This document shows, piece after piece, positions 33,558-38,893 of a stretch of 38,893 nucleotides of DNA. Below the pieces are notes generated by a model. It was not told the origin of the DNA. It worked only from the letters and a program-made list of their open reading frames with translations, and did no database searches. The translations under genes were made by a program, and so were the position numbers. This stretch comes from Nemertoderma westbladi (Eukaryota; Animalia; Xenacoelomorpha): assembly GCA_032718475.1 (NCBI GenBank), contig JAUCBJ010008039.1, forward strand, positions 1 through 38,893. Direction: 5' to 3'. Numbering within the stretch: position 1 is the first letter of the stretch; every line of letters starts with the position of its first letter.

Positions 33558-35314
33558 TGTTACTGTGGCGGAGTTGTGTGAATGCGCACTGCACTGTAAG
33601 CATGGACTTGTGTGACTATATACACGGTAGAGTTCGATGTTTCTGTAGACTATAATTTGTATTGTTCACTGATAAATAAAATTGTTAACATAACTGAATA
33701 TAGAGCTGATGGTGAATAATTACTGTACTAATTGATTCTTAATGGCTACTAACTAGGGCTCGATCAAAGCTCCGGCCTCCTGCTCTGGCTCCGGCCATTT
33801 TGGCACCTCCGGCTTCTGCTCTGGCTCCGGTTAAAATATTGCCAGAGTTAATTTTCTAATAAAGTATTATATGTCGTGCATATTCTACTCTGGCCAATTA
33901 TTTACTGATTTACACTACACTGACATACTTATACTGTCAGACTGTAGTACAGCTTAAGCATCAAGCATACTGCAGTACTTACTTACAGTCACTGACTGAC
34001 TGACTGACTCTGTGCAGCTGAGTCATACAAACAGTCTGACAGCAGCACTACAGGACAGGACTCATCTACTGGTACAGTCTGCACGGCAGTGTGAACTTTT
34101 AAATGTTTCAGTTTGCAGGTACTGGCAGACCAGTAGCCTAATACTGTGTACTGCAGTACGGTAGCCTAATACAGTAATAGGACTATACAACACATCAACA
34201 CATACACCAAAACTGGTAATGGTACTGGTACTGGCAGACTGGCGGACTGGTACAGGTACCGGTATTGTAAAAAATTGTAAATGCTATGATTGTACACTGT
34301 CAACTGTACCACTCCAGGCCTTTACTGCTGTACTGGTAACTACTGCAGTTAATGCAGTTAGGTACTGTAGGTAATTGTTAGCCTCCTGTCCGTGTCCATC
34401 CATAAATGATAAATTAATTAGGCCAACTTTAATTGTAAATTGAAAATTCATAAATCTGTAAATTATGAAATTAATTAGGCCCAGCTACAAGCGATTGGTG
34501 AACGATAACGTACTATTTCTATATTAAGGTACTGAATTTTTTTTTAATTCGGTAAACCTAAGTAACTTAAGTAAAAGAACAAGTTGGGTTGAATCATCAA
34601 TTTTAATTCTAACTGATCAAGTTCTCTTTGTGCTGATACACACTGATTTCAAATATATGGGAGTCCCCAATGCACCAATATAAATAGATTCGCAATAATA
34701 ATAATCAAATGAGTTTTTATAATAATAAGCTTATAGTACAAATTATTTAGTCAGTCAGAATTTATTTAGATTTTAACCCCACAGAACTAGGTTTGATACC
34801 CGTCCTGTCTGGTCAGTCTAAAATTAGGCTGTCAACTAATATGTCCAATATCCGGGCCGGTTATCCATGTCCCTGCCATGGCTCTGCCTAGTGTCACCCA
34901 GGTCGAATCCTTTTCAGGCTCACCCTATGCTGACCGGCTCAGCTTGGGGCCCCTCCTTTGTGATGCCTAGTGTCACCCTAGCCTGAATCCTTTTCAGGCT
35001 TGTGCTAGGCTGAACGGTGCCACTCAGGCATTTGTCCCTTGGCAACCAGGAATTCTACCTGGAGCCAGATTGTACTTGAATTCTTGGAATTTGGGCCCCA
35101 TTAAAGCACTGAGAGAGGCGATTTTGTGTTTAGTCGTCATTAAAAATCGCTGTAACCATGTTATTTTTAACTTTTTATCGTTCCAAGTTTTTGCACACGG
35201 TGTCTGGGGCTTTTTGGAATATTTGTCCATTAGAGTTTATAATTTTTATATATACCCGGCACCAAATTTTGAAATAACACAAACACTCCAGTAGCTTTTG
35301 TCACTATGGTAACA
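33558..35314. mobile_element. Solo-LTR-like insertion (TGTTAC...GTAACA) with 5-bp TSD, carrying nested sequence
   Basis: GTTAC at 33553-33557 and 35315-35319; 6-bp terminal inverted repeat; AATAAA near 33676. Confidence 0.7.
33754..33832 (+). mobile_element. hAT-like transposon end (TAGGG followed by GCTCCG repeats), partner end not found
   Basis: TAGGGCTCGATC followed by about 6 GCTC(C/T)GG-type subterminal repeats. Confidence 0.45.
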
Positions 35315-36040
35315 GTTACTACATCTGTACAACATCCCAACTAAAGTTCGACGACATCATTGATAAAGATTGCATAAAATTTGTATGTGGAATTAAACAA
35401 GGCTCACTGCCTGACTGCTATCACCGATCTTCTTCATTATATATATAGCCAAATCCATTTCCCCATTTCCAGGAAACAACAATTTTATTAGTATGTGGAT
35501 AGCTATGCTGGTATATGCGGATGACTTCCTTGTATTTGGCAGGACGCTGGCTGAGTTGGAGCGGACAATAGGTACACTGAATGCAGGTCTAGCCAAGGGT
35601 GAAACTAAAGTTCAAGGACTCTAAAACTAAATGGTCGTACTGCCCGGGTCTGAACCAACCAAAAGGATGCAATCAAACATTCCTTAAAATGAATGGCTCA
35701 CTAATTTTCGAAGATCCATTTGTTACTTTCTTGGGTTCCAAGATGCCTTACCTGAGCTCCTCATCTGCTGCAAAAGATGCGCACGCAACAGGCGATCTGT
35801 AGGATGTCTGTAGGATGGACAACATGTCACTGTAACTGCAATACTATTGGACATCTGTGGCACCTTGTGGCATTACCTACTATCATACATTCTACCAGAT
35901 ACTTAATTGTCTTCTGTGGATCAGATCAGGGAGAATAAGATTAGCTACCGGAAAGCTCTACACAGTATTCTGCACCTTGGCTCATATGTTGACAATGCCG
36001 TGATTTATTCCCTACTAGAATGCCGTCCCATCTCTAGTAA

Positions 36041-38791
36041 ACTCTTCTTGAGTTATCCTCTGACGATTTATTGTCCGGGCCTGATATCCTACTATTAACA
36101 GAGACTTTCGCAACTAAGGAACCCGATCTACCGGGGTACTATACTTGGAGCATGGAGGCGACTAAACCCGCAGGAAGGGGAAGACCAATGGAGGGAATAA
36201 CAGTTGCAGCTAAACCTCACCTGAACCCGGAATTAGTTAGTAAATCAGGATCATTTGTAACAATTAATTCAGATGTTGGAGTTTTTATCTGCTGTTATTT
36301 CGACCCCGACACTAGTAGCGATGAGTTAGTGGACGGTGTTTATAAGGCGATCGAATCAGTTCCTGCTGGTTACAACGGACCAATTATATTAGGCGGTGAT
36401 TTTAACGCCAGAATGGACAAACAGAATTGCAAAGCGGATTGTCTCCAATATCTCATGGAAGAAAGTCACTATGGACTGGAACTGCAGAATGATTTAACTC
36501 AACCAACTTATTACTGCCATAATGGTTCTAGTCTTATAGATTTAATATTTGCAAATGTTAAGGTTTCCTCAATAGACTACCCGATAAATGGATTAAGGAA
36601 ACACATACCACTTAGAATGGAATGGGAGCTAAACGACCTTAGCAACCAACAATCTACGACCAAGGAAGATTCTCAAAGAAAAACTAAGAGAGAACTCAAC
36701 TTAAACAATCTGGAAGCGGACCCTAGGTTATACAACGCATTCAACTTCTTGGAATTTGAGCAGGATATTGACGCAGCCTACTTAAATATTGCAGAGGCAA
36801 TTAAAGATTCAGCCGTACCAATCATATTTTCTAAGGAATCAAACCCCTGGTTTGATGAGGAATGTTACAAACGACGTCAAGAAGTAATAACGCTTCACCA
36901 TAGGGCCAAAGTTGATCCAGCTGAACGCGAACTACTTTGTAGCACGAAACGATTATACAAAAACCTACTGAAGGGAAAACACGCAGCCTACCTAAAACTC
37001 CAAGAAGAAAAACTGATAGCTCGAGCCGAATCCGAGCCTTATAAATGGTGGCAGCAACGCAGAGCGGAACCACCTTGCCCAGTCCCACTGGCAGCATGGG
37101 AAAAACACTTCAGTGACCTACTATCAACAGCCACCCCACCTACCGAACCTCCATCGCAATCAGTCCCATACACTACCGTCGGTGAAGGAGAGGATCTTCC
37201 ATATAATGCTCCTTTTACTCCCGAGGAAGTGGAGGAAGAGTTTATGAAGAAACCAAGTCGGAAGTCCGGGGGACCCGACCGCCTCCCATACGAATTACTG
37301 AAAGCCGCACTCCCGCTAACTCTCTACTTTTGGGTAACGTTATTCAACATATGCTTCATTTCTATGCGCATTGTATCTACGTGGAAATCTTGTATATGTA
37401 AGGTGTTGTACAAAGGTAAAGGACCACGTAACGAACCAGATAACTACCGAGGCATTGCGTTGTTGTGCAATGCGTACAAGGTCTTAACTGGTCTCGTAGC
37501 TCGCCGCTTACGTGCCGCCTTCAGCCACCTGATACCCAGAGAACAATTTGGTTTCCTACCGGGAAGATCTACGGCACAACCCATTGAACAATTGCTCCAT
37601 GATATAAACTGTAACCTCGACCAACCAAGGAGACCCCTGTACGCATGCTTTGTGGATTTCAAGAAAGCATTCGATTCCGTTCCAAGACCTAAACTCATCG
37701 AGAAACTGCGCCGTTTATTTGGGCTCAAAGGAAGAATGCTGCGATTTATAGAAATACTACTATCGACCAATTACATACAAGTCTTCGATGGGTTGCGTAA
37801 AACCAAACCAATAAGCCAGCTGATCGGCCTATTACAGGGTGATACACTCAGTCCTTATTTATTTATACTATACATTGCGGATCTGGTAGATGCGCTCAAG
37901 CGGGCTGCCATTTTAGTAATATTACTGTTTGCCGACGATCTACTGTTTTACTCACACACCAGGGAAAGTCTACAAGCCGGCCTCAATGCTCTATCAGAGT
38001 GGGCGGCTCTGAATGGTCTCACAGTCAATTTAAAGAAAACTGCCGTGATCAAGTTTCGACGGGGAGGTAAACTTTGTAAAGCAGATGAGTTTTATTACAA
38101 CCAGCAACCTGTTATAATCCGAAACGCTTACACATATTTGGGTGTTACTTTCCAGCCAACGTTATCCTTTTCGACACACATTACAAATATCTGTTGTAAA
38201 TCTATAATGTCTATCCACAACATTACAAACCCGCGTTATCTTTCTCTGGCGACCGCTATAAAAGTATTCAACATAAAGATACGACCCATAATAACGTACA
38301 ACCTACATCTAATCTGGCCTCATCTGACTACCGCGAACCTCCATACAATTGACAGAGTAAAGACTAATTACCTAAAGAAAACCTTGGGCGTACACAAAAG
38401 CACATTGAATCGCCTTGTGATAGCTTTGTGCGGGGAGAACACTCTAGTCGAGGACATCATTTGTAATCTGCACCTAAACGATACGGCTGCCTTGATGGAA
38501 TATAGAGCAGATATCGTAACCAAGAAGTCGGAAATTCCGGTCGAGTTCTGGAGCAGCCCGGCATTCCAGAACCGAAAATGGACAGAACCTAACCAATCCG
38601 GTCGGCACGTAACAACACGGGTATCGGTCCACGGATTTCATCATAAGATCTGTGCGACAGATAAATTTCATGCCCCCAACCTGGAGAGCTGTGTATGTCT
38701 GCTGTGCGGAGACCCGGCCCCACTATACCACCTACTAACATGCAAGGAAAACTCGCGAACGCTAACCTCCTGGGCCTCTAATGATACGTAA
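36041..38791 (+). CDS. LINE ORF2: AP-like endonuclease, reverse transcriptase and C-terminal Cys/His finger (N-terminus missing, no native ATG)
   Basis: LLLTETF, GDFNAR, SLIDLIF; NYRGIAL, FVDFKKAFD, GLLQGDTLSP, FADD, YLGV; CLLC...HLLTC. Frame is open from 36041, after a TAA. Confidence 0.92.
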   Translation, partial: TLLELSSDDLLSGPDILLLTETFATKEPDLPGYYTWSMEATKPAGRGRPMEGITVAAKPHLNPELVSKSGSFVTINSDVGVFICCYFDPDTSSDELVDGVYKAIESVPAGYNGPIILGGDFNARMDKQNCKADCLQYLMEESHYGLELQNDLTQPTYYCHNGSSLIDLIFANVKVSSIDYPINGLRKHIPLRMEWELNDLSNQQSTTKEDSQRKTKRELNLNNLEADPRLYNAFNFLEFEQDIDAAYLNIAEAIKDSAVPIIFSKESNPWFDEECYKRRQEVITLHHRAKVDPAERELLCSTKRLYKNLLKGKHAAYLKLQEEKLIARAESEPYKWWQQRRAEPPCPVPLAAWEKHFSDLLSTATPPTEPPSQSVPYTTVGEGEDLPYNAPFTPEEVEEEFMKKPSRKSGGPDRLPYELLKAALPLTLYFWVTLFNICFISMRIVSTWKSCICKVLYKGKGPRNEPDNYRGIALLCNAYKVLTGLVARRLRAAFSHLIPREQFGFLPGRSTAQPIEQLLHDINCNLDQPRRPLYACFVDFKKAFDSVPRPKLIEKLRRLFGLKGRMLRFIEILLSTNYIQVFDGLRKTKPISQLIGLLQGDTLSPYLFILYIADLVDALKRAAILVILLFADDLLFYSHTRESLQAGLNALSEWAALNGLTVNLKKTAVIKFRRGGKLCKADEFYYNQQPVIIRNAYTYLGVTFQPTLSFSTHITNICCKSIMSIHNITNPRYLSLATAIKVFNIKIRPIITYNLHLIWPHLTTANLHTIDRVKTNYLKKTLGVHKSTLNRLVIALCGENTLVEDIICNLHLNDTAALMEYRADIVTKKSEIPVEFWSSPAFQNRKWTEPNQSGRHVTTRVSVHGFHHKICATDKFHAPNLESCVCLLCGDPAPLYHLLTCKENSRTLTSWASNDT

Positions 38792-38893
38792 TTTACCGAA
38801 CTCTTTTAACTCTTTAACGTTTTTACTTATTTATTTGATTTAATTAAATACCGTTTTTATCTACCATAATGCCAGTACCATGGCGCAATTAAA
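36041..38893 (+). mobile_element. Young 5'-truncated LINE with uninterrupted ORF2; 3' end at or near the window edge
   Basis: 2.7-kb ORF, short T-rich 3' UTR, small TGCCA/TGGCG hairpin and ATTAAA at the window end. Confidence 0.93.

Larger units (their letters stand above)
31830..36040 (+). mobile_element. Old, multiply frameshifted APE-RT LINE, split by the insertion at 33558-35314 and cut by a younger LINE
   Basis: RGGVAFIYR, SDHDPI, GKSPDANGV before the insert; GIKQGS, LSPIFFIIYI, LVYADD after; reading frame LISY|YICTTSQ is restored on removing the insert. Confidence 0.8.

Overview
AT-rich animal (invertebrate-like) genomic DNA made up mostly of transposable elements; it is not prokaryotic and has no CRISPR or rRNA. 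From left to right: an unidentified ORF cut by the window start; a 2.3-kb non-autonomous DNA transposon with 217-bp TIRs (3582-5903) fused to the truncated 5' LTR of an 11.7-kb BEL/Pao LTR retrotransposon (5904-17589, gag-pol broken by one frameshift); a candidate minus-strand exon pair; a piggyBac-like TTAA-flanked element; a tRNA-derived SINE; two exons of a host GABA-B-receptor-like class C GPCR (22216-22362, 30952-31110) whose intron holds 71-bp and 50-bp tandem arrays and LINE remains; and an old LINE interrupted by a solo-LTR-like insert and by a young APE-RT LINE. Two observations stand out. (1) The BEL element has no tRNA-type PBS; instead the 14 nt immediately after the 5' LTR are the perfect reverse complement of a sequence inside its own LTR, the geometry of Tf1-type self-primed reverse transcription. 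(2) Both splice junctions of the GPCR intron are tandemly duplicated (13 donor-bearing units, 2 acceptors), so only one combination gives an open frame. All calls were made by eye, with no database searches.
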